Shown: positions 22,937 to 33,290 of the stretch, piece after piece
Layout: every line of letters begins with the position of its first letter
Numbering within the stretch: position 1 is the first letter of the stretch
Virus record (IMG/VR): IMGVR_UViG_3300045988_131726
Length of the DNA stretch: 64,000 nt
Reading direction: 5' to 3' (one strand)
Source: a virus
Notes under the pieces: model-generated
Database searches by the model: none
Told to the model about the DNA's origin: nothing
What the model saw: only the letters and a program-made list of their open reading frames with translations
Translations under genes and position numbers: made by a program

Positions 22937-25900
22937 TATACTGTATAATTAACAATTAAATCGTGCAGGACAAGCTTATTATCTTCCTCCTCGGTAGGAA
23001 TATAAGATAACTTCATCCTTATCCAAGGATTTCGAATTCTATTAAGTCTATAATTCTCAACTTCTTTAACATCTCTTGGTATATAAGCTCTCCACATTCT
23101 AAACTTCTTTTGAAGATTCTTATATTGCTTGAGTGCTACATCTCCTGTATCTTGGAATTCATTTCTAACATGTATATGATCTAAGGTTCGATTAGGAATA
23201 TACTTAGTGTAATCCCCATCTTCAATGCTAAATGCATCAGCCCTAAATTCAATATTGTTAAAAATTTTATCCCTAGACATTTCAGGATTTACTATATAAT
23301 CTATGTAAGAACTTACCTTAGGTTTCCCATAGAATTGATTATATTGCCCAACGTTTTGTTCATAGATTTCAGTAGAGTTATTCTCTGAGAATATACTTAA
23401 GAATTTATTATCATGCCTAAACATGAAGGGAATATCTTTGTAATCAAAGAAGCTTGTAAAAGCTGCAAGTTTTTCAGAGAATACAAGACATTCATTTTTG
23501 TCGTGGATATAAACATCATCATGAATACTATCTTTACTTACCATCCAATTAGACATACCATCTCGTAGATTAAGCTCATTAAGAGAGTATCCAAAATTAT
23601 TTAAAGCCCACTTAGAAAATCCTGAGGAGTTTGTAACTTCCCGAATACTTTCTGCAGTAATAAGATTCAGCTTTTTCCTAATATGATCTATATAATAGAT
23701 ACCACTACGAGTAGCAGCTATTGACCATTTATTCTGAGCTCCAGATGTTGTAGTAATATATCTTACACCGTCAACTTTATTGCTATTTCCTAATTCAATA
23801 GGAAGCCCATCAGATACTGGAACTTGAACTCTAGTGTTAAATAATATATTGGAAATTGCTTTATCTTGGAATGCATATAGCTGATTATTATGCATAATAA
23901 GCTTTGTAAGCTTTCCATACTCACCTTCTAAGTTATAAGTTGAGGCAAAAGTTAAGTTAGCCCAATTATCTACTAAGCTATTGGGATACTTAGGTAATGT
24001 CCATGAGAATTGATTAGGAAATAATCCTGAATGCTCTAAAACCCTATAATCATTCTTATTATAACTGAAAAAGTTATTATCTTGACTATATACAGGATTT
24101 AAAACATTCCAATTATCAAAATTCATAGCTCTGGTATCAGTAGTATATCTATTAACATCCGCTCGACCATCAGGATTTACATAGGACTCACAAATGAAGG
24201 ATACTATATCATTAACCCTCTCAATCTTTTCACTATTAGAAGCGGTTCTTAAACAGTCATATCTACCCACAAAAACATCTCCTTCTGTAGCTTCAACTAC
24301 ACATGTATTAGGCCCTTCCCCAATAGCTGGATTTGGAAGTATTACTGGTTTACCACAAGGAGTCCATATTTGTTGATATAGTCCACTATCTGTCCAATCT
24401 GCATATAAGAATGCATCTGATCTTACTAAATCTACTAATAAGAAATGCGGTAAGTTACGATGCCAAATGATAGATTGTATTCCCACATTATCATACTCAG
24501 AAGCAAGAAGCTCTTCTTGTAAAGGATCAAATAAATCTTTTACATAGATACCTTCTGAACCTAGCCAAAATGGATCTGCAGCTGTAGGCTTCTCACTATT
24601 AATATAGTTCTTATTATCAACTAAAAGTATAACTATAGGATTGATATTACTATTATTGCTAACAGACCGTTGTGCCTCATCTATTTCCCACTCAGATGGA
24701 ATATTAGCATTTCGTATTTTGAAAGATTTTACATTAATTGTAGACCAACTTCGAAGAGTTGTAAAATCTTCTTTGAATATTTTGATAGCTGAAGACTGTG
24801 TTGCCCTAATAGTAATCGAGGTACGTCCTAGTTTAGACTCTTTATCCGATTTCCAAAACCCTAATCTATAGGTAATGTCTACGGTAATATCTATAGGCAT
24901 AGGTATATTTGATTCTAAAGCTATTTTCCATACCGCTTGTCCATTTCCTTCACTTATTGAGTCTGATACACTATATGTCTCATTTCTATAAATATCTGGA
25001 CGTTGAGATTTTTTTGATGGCCACCAATATATGTTTAGGAAAATTATTTTTCCATCAGCATTTCCTAAAACTACTTGACTATCGTGATACTTAGCGTAAG
25101 CACTTAACTCTGGCATAACAGGAATAGAAGCAATCTCTCTATTGTATAATCCAGAGTCAGATGTGTACTTAAGTGTATCTCCTTTAGCAAGTGAGAATGT
25201 TAAGTGAGTATTAGCTTTATACTGAATAGGGATATTATAACCAGCATTCTCACTGCTTCTAAGTAATAATTCATCCATTCCAGGATTATAGGTTACACTA
25301 TCTCCAGAGTAAGACGTTTGGTAATAGCTTATTGAATTGATAGCATCTCCTTTTATAAACAATGAAGGCTGATTTATATCATAATATAAAGCGCTTAATT
25401 CTTTAAACATTAAAGTATTTAGACAATACTTTTTATAAGAATATTGAGAATCCTTATCTTTTTGGTTACTTGAAAGAGCATCAGCTTTATATCCTAAAGT
25501 TTCCCACATATGGACATAATTCTTACCTGCGTCTGCCATCTTCCAGTTGCCTAGTTTATTAAGATATAGCCTATGAACACTAGGAGATAAATTAGCAATT
25601 TGGGGATTAGTTAAATATTTAACTTTAGAAGTATCTTCATAGTTCGCTTTCACAATTCCCTTACCATCTAGAGAATCAAGATCTTGAAAGGGATAATAAT
25701 TACTAGAGTCTGAATATCCTAGAAGTCCTAAGACTGTCCCATCTTCCTTAGTCTTATAATTACTATTAGTAGTACTAACTACACAAGTCATTCCTCTTAA
25801 TTGAAATCCCTCTACAGTATTTTCAAAGTAGTTTTTATCAACCTCTTGATACTCTACATCAGGGCTCCAGAAATCTACAATGTTCTCATCAAAAGCTATA

Positions 25901-28900
25901 AAATCGTTCTTAGCGTTATCAGCAGTAAGTAGATTTACTGTTAGCTTCGGATGAGATAGATACTGAATGTCTGGATTATAATTAAAAGCGTCTTTCGCTG
26001 TAAGGCTTTCAGTATTAAAATAGCTTTTGTCTGTAAGTCTCTCTGTAGCATCTGTTTCAGCATTTGCTCCTCCTACTTCATGGAAAGTAGTCATTAAATG
26101 CCCGTAATTAGGACGTGTATTCCAAGTACAATCCCGAGCTGGATCTGTACCAATATCCTTATAATCTGTATAAAACCTATGCACATACGGATAAAAATAT
26201 GGAGAGGCTAGTAGTCTTAGAGCAGATGATTGGGTTGTAGAGTCACCTAACATTAGCTTCATCTCTCCCTGTCGAACACTCCAGTTTGCAAAGAATTTAC
26301 TATTCTCGTTCCATACTCGATATACCTCTTTAGGTCTCGACAAATAATCTGTATAAGCCCAACATGAATTAGTTGATCTTCTAGATGGTATAAATATAGT
26401 ATTAGTTACAATGCCTTGAGCAGGATATTTACGGTTAACTTTTGTAGGTTTAACGTATAATAATCTTACTCGACGGAAGCCTTTATCATAAAGGGTTTTG
26501 CATATATCTTTACTTAGAGTAATAGATAATTTATTTAAATATAACGTTGTAAACTTTCCTTCAAAATTATTACCCTCTATATTTGTTGAATCTCTCAGAA
26601 TTGAAGGAAGACTTATACTATTGCCACTATATTTTAATGCAAAAGATTGAGTTTGAGGTCTATTAAGACTTCCTGCCCACATTGAGAAAAAGTCTTTATT
26701 ATTAACCCTATAATTAGATTTAAATAAGATAAACTTAGAGATATCTTTTAGTGGTAAAGTCCATTCCTGATTTCCAAAACCTAAGGGTTGTATGCTAGAT
26801 ACATCGGGATAATACTCTTTATTATAGATTATTGTCCAAGGATTGCATTTAATATTAGTTCCTTCAACATTAACTAACTGACTATAAAGATTAGTCGAAG
26901 AAGTAATTGCAAAATCTCCTTGATAACAGCTAGTTGGAAAATACCAGAAGGAACCTTTAAGTGGAGGAGCTGTTAATTCAAATGTAGCACTTGTGTTAGT
27001 AGGCCTAAGATTAGAACAGCTGCCTACAACATCTGAACTATGTGTGGTAACAACATCAGTTAGAGTATATTGAGGAGTAATCTCTTGAGGTAATACAGCA
27101 TCAAGAAGATACGACTTAGTACATGTATTATCATATACATATAGCTTAATATCATCTTTCTCTTCTAAAGAGCCCTCCGATTCATAAATTTCCTTCCCAT
27201 TTTCAAGATTACGAATAGGTATTGGATCTCCCCAGTGACCATTAGAATATTGTCCTTGTAAAGCAAACCTATAAGGCTGTCCTTTTTTAAATTGAGTACA
27301 AGCCGTTCCATTCTGTAAAATATAAGGAGTATATGTATACACACCTGTATCTTGAGAATCTTCAATCTTAACGTAATCTCTATAACCCCATTTGTAAACG
27401 CCATGCGAACCTTCAAGAATTATAGTTTCAGAAGGATAAGGATCAAATTGATCTAGATAATAAATATGATCAGAATCACTATAATACTTACCATCTAGGT
27501 TTTTCTCATTAGTAATTTCTATATTACTAACTAAATTACCAGCTGGTTGAATAACATATCCCTCACCATCTCCTTCTGAAATTGTAAGTTCTGAAGGAAC
27601 TATAGTATTAGACCAGGATATACGTAAATTTATAGTAGAAGATACTCCATTAGTAAGATATTGCCGGGATTGTACAATAACTACTGGTTTTACTTGATTA
27701 TCAATTACTTTAGTATTATACACAAACCCTAAAGCAACTACTGTAGTACCATAATCACTATAGATGTTAATAGACTCTATATTATCCTCTGTATCAAAAG
27801 CATTTTGAGAAATGGTATATCCTCCAACAAACAAAGTAGAATCTTTAGCAGCCATTGTTGAAACAACTGCCTGACTATTATCTTTATATAATAAAGCTGC
27901 TGGATCCTCGTTAGTACCCACAACTCCTGTATCAGTTACTTCTACGTAATAAGATTTTTCTTTCCAAATATAATCAAATATTTCTTGTAACGTGAATACT
28001 CCATTACCTATAGCACTTATATTTACATTAAATGCGTTATTAACAGCTTCTGCAAAAGAATCATAATCCGGATCTAATTTTGGCAATTGTTCAGACCACG
28101 TAGCATTTGAGTATATTTCTAATTTTAGATTCTTAATAAAACTCTTATATTGATCGTACAATGACCAGTACTCTATATAGTTATCTTTAGGTTGAAGAAT
28201 CTTATATTCTCCAAGAATTTTTACTGTAGGAGTAGTATCTAAAGAAGTTCTATGAATTGAATATACTCTTACATATTTATATCTAGGATCGAGTCCTGAA
28301 AGTTTTATGCTAAAGCTGTTATAACAAGTTTCATCTTGTTTAGCAGCCCGCTTATTATAAGAAATGTAGTAGAGACTGCTAGTATCTACAATATTACTTT
28401 CAACTCCGTGCCAATCAGTAATGTAAGTAAAAGCATATTGAATTACACCAGGTGCAAATTTACCTCCAGTAGCATTCTTAGTGACATCTATAAAACTATA
28501 GGGATCTACACTAGGAGAGAAGTCATAGTATGATACCTCACCCCATTTATCAGGCTCAGGATCATTAATAAAGTTAATAACTCTAGGTTGATTATAAGAA
28601 TCTGTCCAATAAACTTTCTGTACACCTTCTGACTCATAAACAGGAAGAGTATCTATAAGATGTTCTAGGCTGAAGTTAAGATTACCCTTAAACATAACAG
28701 TTACATCTTGTAAATCTTTAATCCTATAGATACGGTCATCTTTTTCTCCTACGTGCGTAAAAAGAATGATGTATTTATTTAGAGTAGCATATCCTATACA
28801 AGTTCCTTCGAATCCATCAAAAGTAGGATCTTCAGGAGCTGGAACTGAGTCACTATAATAGATAAATTTATCATCTTCTCTAGGAGAAATATCTGTAATA

Positions 28901-29286
28901 TCTACATATTCTCCTCCTCCTTCAACTGCATCCACCTCACTTCTACCTGCATGTAATGTAGTCTTAGTAGTAACCAAATTAGGAGTGTTGGGATTAGGCT
29001 GCCATTGACTAGTGATAGCAACATCTGTATATACAGGAGAATTACTTCGGAATACCCATTTATATTCATCCTTCAAATATTCAGCTGTAATCTTATTAGT
29101 AGATTTAGCCTTCTTAAACTGCAGAACTTTATTACCACGCTCATTAGTTATGGATAATAGAGAGCTATCCTCACGAGCAGTGATTCTAATATTACGATTC
29201 TCATAGGAGAACTCAGGGTTAAACTTCGAGATGCTAAGATCTTGCTGCATGCCTCGCACTACAAGCTGTGTTCTTTTAATCTCCAT
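22936..29286 (-). CDS. very large (2116 aa) tail structural protein
   Basis: Uninterrupted 2116-aa beta-rich ORF in the tail region of the block. The call rests on size and position only. Confidence 0.6.
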   Translation of the reverse strand: MEIKRTQLVVRGMQQDLSISKFNPEFSYENRNIRITAREDSSLLSITNERGNKVLQFKKAKSTNKITAEYLKDEYKWVFRSNSPVYTDVAITSQWQPNPNTPNLVTTKTTLHAGRSEVDAVEGGGEYVDITDISPREDDKFIYYSDSVPAPEDPTFDGFEGTCIGYATLNKYIILFTHVGEKDDRIYRIKDLQDVTVMFKGNLNFSLEHLIDTLPVYESEGVQKVYWTDSYNQPRVINFINDPEPDKWGEVSYYDFSPSVDPYSFIDVTKNATGGKFAPGVIQYAFTYITDWHGVESNIVDTSSLYYISYNKRAAKQDETCYNSFSIKLSGLDPRYKYVRVYSIHRTSLDTTPTVKILGEYKILQPKDNYIEYWSLYDQYKSFIKNLKLEIYSNATWSEQLPKLDPDYDSFAEAVNNAFNVNISAIGNGVFTLQEIFDYIWKEKSYYVEVTDTGVVGTNEDPAALLYKDNSQAVVSTMAAKDSTLFVGGYTISQNAFDTEDNIESINIYSDYGTTVVALGFVYNTKVIDNQVKPVVIVQSRQYLTNGVSSTINLRISWSNTIVPSELTISEGDGEGYVIQPAGNLVSNIEITNEKNLDGKYYSDSDHIYYLDQFDPYPSETIILEGSHGVYKWGYRDYVKIEDSQDTGVYTYTPYILQNGTACTQFKKGQPYRFALQGQYSNGHWGDPIPIRNLENGKEIYESEGSLEEKDDIKLYVYDNTCTKSYLLDAVLPQEITPQYTLTDVVTTHSSDVVGSCSNLRPTNTSATFELTAPPLKGSFWYFPTSCYQGDFAITSSTNLYSQLVNVEGTNIKCNPWTIIYNKEYYPDVSSIQPLGFGNQEWTLPLKDISKFILFKSNYRVNNKDFFSMWAGSLNRPQTQSFALKYSGNSISLPSILRDSTNIEGNNFEGKFTTLYLNKLSITLSKDICKTLYDKGFRRVRLLYVKPTKVNRKYPAQGIVTNTIFIPSRRSTNSCWAYTDYLSRPKEVYRVWNENSKFFANWSVRQGEMKLMLGDSTTQSSALRLLASPYFYPYVHRFYTDYKDIGTDPARDCTWNTRPNYGHLMTTFHEVGGANAETDATERLTDKSYFNTESLTAKDAFNYNPDIQYLSHPKLTVNLLTADNAKNDFIAFDENIVDFWSPDVEYQEVDKNYFENTVEGFQLRGMTCVVSTTNSNYKTKEDGTVLGLLGYSDSSNYYPFQDLDSLDGKGIVKANYEDTSKVKYLTNPQIANLSPSVHRLYLNKLGNWKMADAGKNYVHMWETLGYKADALSSNQKDKDSQYSYKKYCLNTLMFKELSALYYDINQPSLFIKGDAINSISYYQTSYSGDSVTYNPGMDELLLRSSENAGYNIPIQYKANTHLTFSLAKGDTLKYTSDSGLYNREIASIPVMPELSAYAKYHDSQVVLGNADGKIIFLNIYWWPSKKSQRPDIYRNETYSVSDSISEGNGQAVWKIALESNIPMPIDITVDITYRLGFWKSDKESKLGRTSITIRATQSSAIKIFKEDFTTLRSWSTINVKSFKIRNANIPSEWEIDEAQRSVSNNSNINPIVILLVDNKNYINSEKPTAADPFWLGSEGIYVKDLFDPLQEELLASEYDNVGIQSIIWHRNLPHFLLVDLVRSDAFLYADWTDSGLYQQIWTPCGKPVILPNPAIGEGPNTCVVEATEGDVFVGRYDCLRTASNSEKIERVNDIVSFICESYVNPDGRADVNRYTTDTRAMNFDNWNVLNPVYSQDNNFFSYNKNDYRVLEHSGLFPNQFSWTLPKYPNSLVDNWANLTFASTYNLEGEYGKLTKLIMHNNQLYAFQDKAISNILFNTRVQVPVSDGLPIELGNSNKVDGVRYITTTSGAQNKWSIAATRSGIYYIDHIRKKLNLITAESIREVTNSSGFSKWALNNFGYSLNELNLRDGMSNWMVSKDSIHDDVYIHDKNECLVFSEKLAAFTSFFDYKDIPFMFRHDNKFLSIFSENNSTEIYEQNVGQYNQFYGKPKVSSYIDYIVNPEMSRDKIFNNIEFRADAFSIEDGDYTKYIPNRTLDHIHVRNEFQDTGDVALKQYKNLQKKFRMWRAYIPRDVKEVENYRLNRIRNPWIRMKLSYIPTEEEDNKLVLHDLIVNYTV

Positions 29287-29288
29287 AA

Positions 29289-30038
29289 TTAATGACGTAT
29301 TAATCTCTCTTTGGCCCCGTCATTCCTAAATCGGTTGTTAAACTCTGTATCTCGTACAATAAGAGTTCTAAAGGAGTTAAAGAGTGCTTCAGCTTTAGAT
29401 AGATTAAGCTTACGAGAGTCAGTCTCCCATTGACCTACTGCCCACCAGTAGTCTTGCTCAATCTTGCTGAATTTATTACCATCCAACTTATCGTTCAAAT
29501 AAAGTATTCGGGCATGTTCCTTTTCAATAAATAATCGTAAGGCTCGCTGGAATACGGGATTATCAGGAATCATTGGATACCCATCTTCATCTACAGGAAT
29601 AGCCTTGTAAGACATCTCAATCTTACCTTTCTCCTTAGATAAATATATGTAACTATTATTAATAGTAAAAGTATAACCTACAGACCTAGGTAACTTATCA
29701 TTAATGCAATAGTTACCAGTAGTTTTTGTATCACCATAAAGATTGTGAAAGGTATCTGTAGCCCATCGTGCTACACGATTATCAATCATTAATTGATTAC
29801 ATTCTACATAATCTTCAGGCAAAGGAGCCCTATAATCTGTATATTCTATAGAGTAATACTTATCTATAAAATCTGCAGGAACTCCTACAATCTGCAAGAA
29901 ATCTACAGTATAATCTAGGATAGCTTCAAAGGCTATACCATTCATTAGTGGATTTCTATGTAGCTGGTCTGCAACAACCTTTAGACTAACGTATCTTTCT
30001 GCTGCCATCGGGTCTATATTTATATTCAAATGCATCAA
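29289..30038 (-). CDS. hypothetical structural protein (249 aa)
   Basis: ORF in the tail/adaptor region. It overlaps the upstream gene by 53 nt, so the true start may be the internal Met (MAAERYVS). Confidence 0.5.
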   Translation of the reverse strand: MMHLNINIDPMAAERYVSLKVVADQLHRNPLMNGIAFEAILDYTVDFLQIVGVPADFIDKYYSIEYTDYRAPLPEDYVECNQLMIDNRVARWATDTFHNLYGDTKTTGNYCINDKLPRSVGYTFTINNSYIYLSKEKGKIEMSYKAIPVDEDGYPMIPDNPVFQRALRLFIEKEHARILYLNDKLDGNKFSKIEQDYWWAVGQWETDSRKLNLSKAEALFNSFRTLIVRDTEFNNRFRNDGAKERLIRH

Positions 30039-30552
30039 GCTTCCCTTCTTTGGCTGCCTGATGTACCTTTATTCTAAGAGCCCTATTAGGCTGAAACATA
30101 TAATAAGATTTTTTCTTAAAACAAGCTTTAGACTTATTGTACTCAATCTTGTAATTATCATGTTTCTCAACCTTAATAGTAATCTTATTTTTATAGGCTT
30201 CGGGATTCTCATACCAGAACCTTAATGTCTTGCCCCAATCAATAGGAGCTTTATAAACAAATTCTCCATCCTTATTAATATAAGGTTCAATATGATATTT
30301 ACGAATCTCTAAAATGCCCATACGAGCCGGAAATTTCACTTCTTCTCCTCGAACAAGAGCTTCGGCCAGCATATCATTTATAGTGCGTATAATCGCATAA
30401 AATTGGCCTTCTTGTAGTACATACTTAGACTTCTTAGGTCTATGATGACGATACCACTTATATGCTCCTTTAATACTGAAAGAATTCGTAATCTTGAAAG
30501 TTCGAGAACTACTTACTTTCTTTACTTGCTTCAAAAATTCACTGTACTCCAT
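29986..30552 (-). CDS. putative HU/IHF-like DNA-binding protein
   Basis: 188 aa. The segment FYAIIRTINDMLAEALVRGEEVKFPARMGILEIRK resembles the HU/IHF helix-arm pattern. crAss-like phages are known to carry an IHF-like gene in the structural block. Weak, by eye. Confidence 0.4.
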   Translation of the reverse strand: MEYSEFLKQVKKVSSSRTFKITNSFSIKGAYKWYRHHRPKKSKYVLQEGQFYAIIRTINDMLAEALVRGEEVKFPARMGILEIRKYHIEPYINKDGEFVYKAPIDWGKTLRFWYENPEAYKNKITIKVEKHDNYKIEYNKSKACFKKKSYYMFQPNRALRIKVHQAAKEGKLDAFEYKYRPDGSRKIR

Positions 30553-31328
30553 TATTCATCAACAGTTGTTTTAGCCTTTGTCTTAGGAGGCCGATAATTA
30601 CCAATAGATATAGATAAATCATCAGATGAATTATTCTCCCCATCCTTAGGTAAGTATAATACATTGCCAAGCTCTTTGACAATTAAGTCTATAATGGGCT
30701 GAACTAAAGCTTGCTCTACAGGGAAGTACATATCTAACTTACCATCTGTAGACTCTTGGAAGTCTGTAGGATTTTCAAAGATTCCTTGAATCCTAAAGCG
30801 CTTACCATTGAGAAAATCTGCAGTAGAGCTTATATACAACTTATGGTCATAACCAATGGTAGCATACGGCTGCGATGTTAACCACTTGTTATAACCAAGA
30901 TACTTAAATCTATCAGGATTTATAAAGTTAACATCAATGTTATTCTCTACAAAATCACTTGATTGATTATATATAAAGACTGGGGTACCATCAATAATAC
31001 ATTCCTCTTCAATAGGAGCAGTATTATACGAGATGGAAGTCTCTAATAGAATGCCATGTAAATTTAGGATAGAGGGGACAGGTTTATTGAAGCTAAAAGT
31101 TCTACGTACATCAGTATTATTTACTGGTAGATCTAAGTAACCTAAGTCCCAGATTTGGTAGTACTCAAGAGGAACATCCCTCTTGGTACCACCGTATCTT
31201 TGCTTAGCTAATATTGCACGATATTTATTGAGTAAAAAGATGATATGTTCTACTTCAATTCTAGAATCATCAGAATCTAATTTTAACTCATCAAATACCA
31301 TGTAAACACACTCACGATAGGTTTGCAT
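30552..31328 (-). CDS. hypothetical structural protein (258 aa)
   Basis: ORF with stop/start overlap to the downstream gene. No motif recognised. Confidence 0.55.
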   Translation of the reverse strand: MQTYRECVYMVFDELKLDSDDSRIEVEHIIFLLNKYRAILAKQRYGGTKRDVPLEYYQIWDLGYLDLPVNNTDVRRTFSFNKPVPSILNLHGILLETSISYNTAPIEEECIIDGTPVFIYNQSSDFVENNIDVNFINPDRFKYLGYNKWLTSQPYATIGYDHKLYISSTADFLNGKRFRIQGIFENPTDFQESTDGKLDMYFPVEQALVQPIIDLIVKELGNVLYLPKDGENNSSDDLSISIGNYRPPKTKAKTTVDE

Positions 31329-31333
31329 ATTAA

Positions 31334-31834
31334 TTATTCTTTATAAAACCAGTAATATCCCTGGCTTTTCTTACTATGCCCTCTTAGACACATGCTTATT
31401 GCTTTATGGTTAAATCCATGTTTACGAGCCTCAGTAAGAGAAGAAAACTCTATAATTTCTTTAGTATCAATGTTAATACCATAGATTGCTTTATATTGCT
31501 TCTCTGCTCTAGATTTATTAGCGTTCCCATAATTAATATTATAACTGTAGGTACACCATTCTAAATTCTCTACATGATTATTACCAGGGCACTCATCTTT
31601 GTGATTAATGATAGGATAATTGTGAGGGTTAGGGATGAAAGCTTGAGCCACTAATCTATGTACTTTAGCATCTTTATACCCTCCATTTCCATCACATAAT
31701 GTTATTGTATTATAACCATTAACGTCACTCCGGCCTTTTAAAATACGGCATATACGACCCTTATTACTGACTAAATACAATCCCTCGTATCCTTCAACAT
31801 CTTTCCAAATTTCGTCATTAAGATATGTTTCCAT
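31334..31834 (-). CDS. free-standing HNH homing endonuclease (NUMOD4-type N-terminus)
   Basis: WKDVEGYEGLYLVSNKGRI (NUMOD4-like), an HNH core VHRLVAQAFIPNP...INHKD...NNHVENLEW, and a C-terminal helix-turn-helix-like tail. It is wedged between two genes with a 17-nt overlap and a 5-nt gap. Confidence 0.8.
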   Translation of the reverse strand: METYLNDEIWKDVEGYEGLYLVSNKGRICRILKGRSDVNGYNTITLCDGNGGYKDAKVHRLVAQAFIPNPHNYPIINHKDECPGNNHVENLEWCTYSYNINYGNANKSRAEKQYKAIYGINIDTKEIIEFSSLTEARKHGFNHKAISMCLRGHSKKSQGYYWFYKE

Positions 31835-32747
31835 TTAATAAAACTTCTTTAACATCTTTAGGAACTTCGGAGGTTCTTGCCCTAGATACAGCACCACACT
31901 CACAACGGTATACCTGGTATTTATTTACCGATGTATAATAAAAGCCCTCTTCAGTGAGATTATGAGAACCGCAGTTCGGGCATACTGGCTCATCACATTC
32001 ATAATACAGCCCAAGATTAACATTCGAGCGAATCCAAGGTCGTAGTCTAAGGTATACAGCTTCAAGACATTCAACATCCCAATTATTATACTTAAACATA
32101 TACTCTAGAGCCTCAGGCTTACCATCAACACAGTCTGACCATAATTGAAAATTAGTCTCTAACTTAGTATCAACACCAAGAATCTTAGCTAAGTAATCTA
32201 ACTTATTCGATGTAAAACCAAACTGCTTCTTAGCAACTTCTAAAGTATCAATATTCTGATAAGGTTTAACAGGAGGAAGTCTATGTATCAACATCCTAGC
32301 ATTAATCTTCAACAAGTCAAACCTCTTCCCATTATGCGTAATAATAATGTCTGCCTCATTTAAAAGTTTAGCTAAGCTCATAACAATTCTACGATCATCC
32401 TGGACCTTAGCTTCTTCACTAGTTAAACACCCTCCTAGAACTTCTCTGCCAAAAAGCCATTTAGCTGACCAACAGATAATATACCAGTCTGCAAGAAGCT
32501 TATCTAGATTTACAGAATCTTTCCATAGACTAAATACATAACCCTTCATAGGGGCAGTTTCAATGTCAAGAATAAGAATCTTAGGAGCTTTTATAACAGA
32601 CTTAACTATTCCTAAGTTACGATAAAGTCTCTTTGCTTCAACAATATCTTCCTTAGAAGCATGAAGTCGTCTCGATAAGGATCCTTTACCCATACGTACT
32701 AGGTAAGGTTTAACCTTAAATACCTCTAAAATCTCATTAACGTTCAT
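31818..32747 (-). CDS. DnaQ-like 3'-5' exonuclease with C-terminal zinc ribbon
   Basis: Exo I ILDIETAP, Exo II IITHNGKRFDL, and C-terminal CPNCGSHNL...YRCECG. First gene downstream of a conserved promoter. Confidence 0.65.
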   Translation of the reverse strand: MNVNEILEVFKVKPYLVRMGKGSLSRRLHASKEDIVEAKRLYRNLGIVKSVIKAPKILILDIETAPMKGYVFSLWKDSVNLDKLLADWYIICWSAKWLFGREVLGGCLTSEEAKVQDDRRIVMSLAKLLNEADIIITHNGKRFDLLKINARMLIHRLPPVKPYQNIDTLEVAKKQFGFTSNKLDYLAKILGVDTKLETNFQLWSDCVDGKPEALEYMFKYNNWDVECLEAVYLRLRPWIRSNVNLGLYYECDEPVCPNCGSHNLTEEGFYYTSVNKYQVYRCECGAVSRARTSEVPKDVKEVLLNGNIS

Positions 32748-32803
32748 ATTAAATTAATTTAAATTATTAATTAGCTATTAATAGCTTATAAACTAAAAGT
32801 CCT

Positions 32804-32835
32804 CAAATATACGAAAAATTTTTCATATATCCAAG
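32804..32835 (-). promoter_or_regulatory. Bacteroidota-type promoter (-7 TATATTTG, -33 TTGG), flanked by a 9-bp inverted repeat
   Basis: On the minus strand the -7 box TATATTTG is at 32811..32804 and the -33 TTGG is within 32835..32831, with 19 nt between them. The inverted-repeat arms aaaagtcct (32795..32803) and aggactttt (32834..32842) bracket the boxes. Confidence 0.65.
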
Positions 32836-32876
32836 GACTTTTGTAAAAAAATAATAATTTCTATTATTTTTGGTAA

Positions 32877-33290
32877 TTATCTATCGGAACTAAGGTAGAT
32901 ATAACGATTCATAGTTTGAGCAAAATCATCTAAGATATTTACAATACCAGCATATCTGCCAGCAGTCATACTAGACTTTAAATACTCAGCTTTTGCAGCT
33001 AGAACCTTTAAGATCTCCTTAGGATCAGTAGTATTAGGAATATTAGGATTGATAATGCCATAACCAAAACGACTGTCATTAAGACCCATAATATTCTCAG
33101 TAATATCATCAACATACTCTAATAAATCTTCGTTTATTTCATCTATCAGTAGATGTAAAGATTTACTATAAGTATTCCAATGAATCTCCTTAAGTTTAAA
33201 GTATGAGCCATAAAGTTCGTTAACGAAGATTATAACTCTCTCGAAATCCATTTCCATACTAGATATATAATTACTCCCTGCTTTTGTCAA
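32877..33290 (-). CDS. Dps-like ferritin-fold protein
   Basis: 137 aa. LYGSYFKLKEIHWNTYSKSLHLLIDEINEDLLEYVDDITENIMGL matches the Dps pattern (k.k.fHWnv.G..F..lH..fde.y.el...vD.iAERi..lG), including the His/His/Asp/Glu positions. Confidence 0.6.
   Translation of the reverse strand: MTKAGSNYISSMEMDFERVIIFVNELYGSYFKLKEIHWNTYSKSLHLLIDEINEDLLEYVDDITENIMGLNDSRFGYGIINPNIPNTTDPKEILKVLAAKAEYLKSSMTAGRYAGIVNILDDFAQTMNRYIYLSSDR

Noticed and set aside
3571-29206. Many 60-97-aa ORFs antisense to, or out of frame with, the giant genes (e.g. 3571..3825, 6726..6986, 16563..16835, 18634..18927, 24641..24871)
   Set aside because: They are embedded in long, clearly coding ORFs, have low-complexity Ile/Leu/Ser/Phe-rich translations typical of AT-rich antisense frames, and lack any start context.
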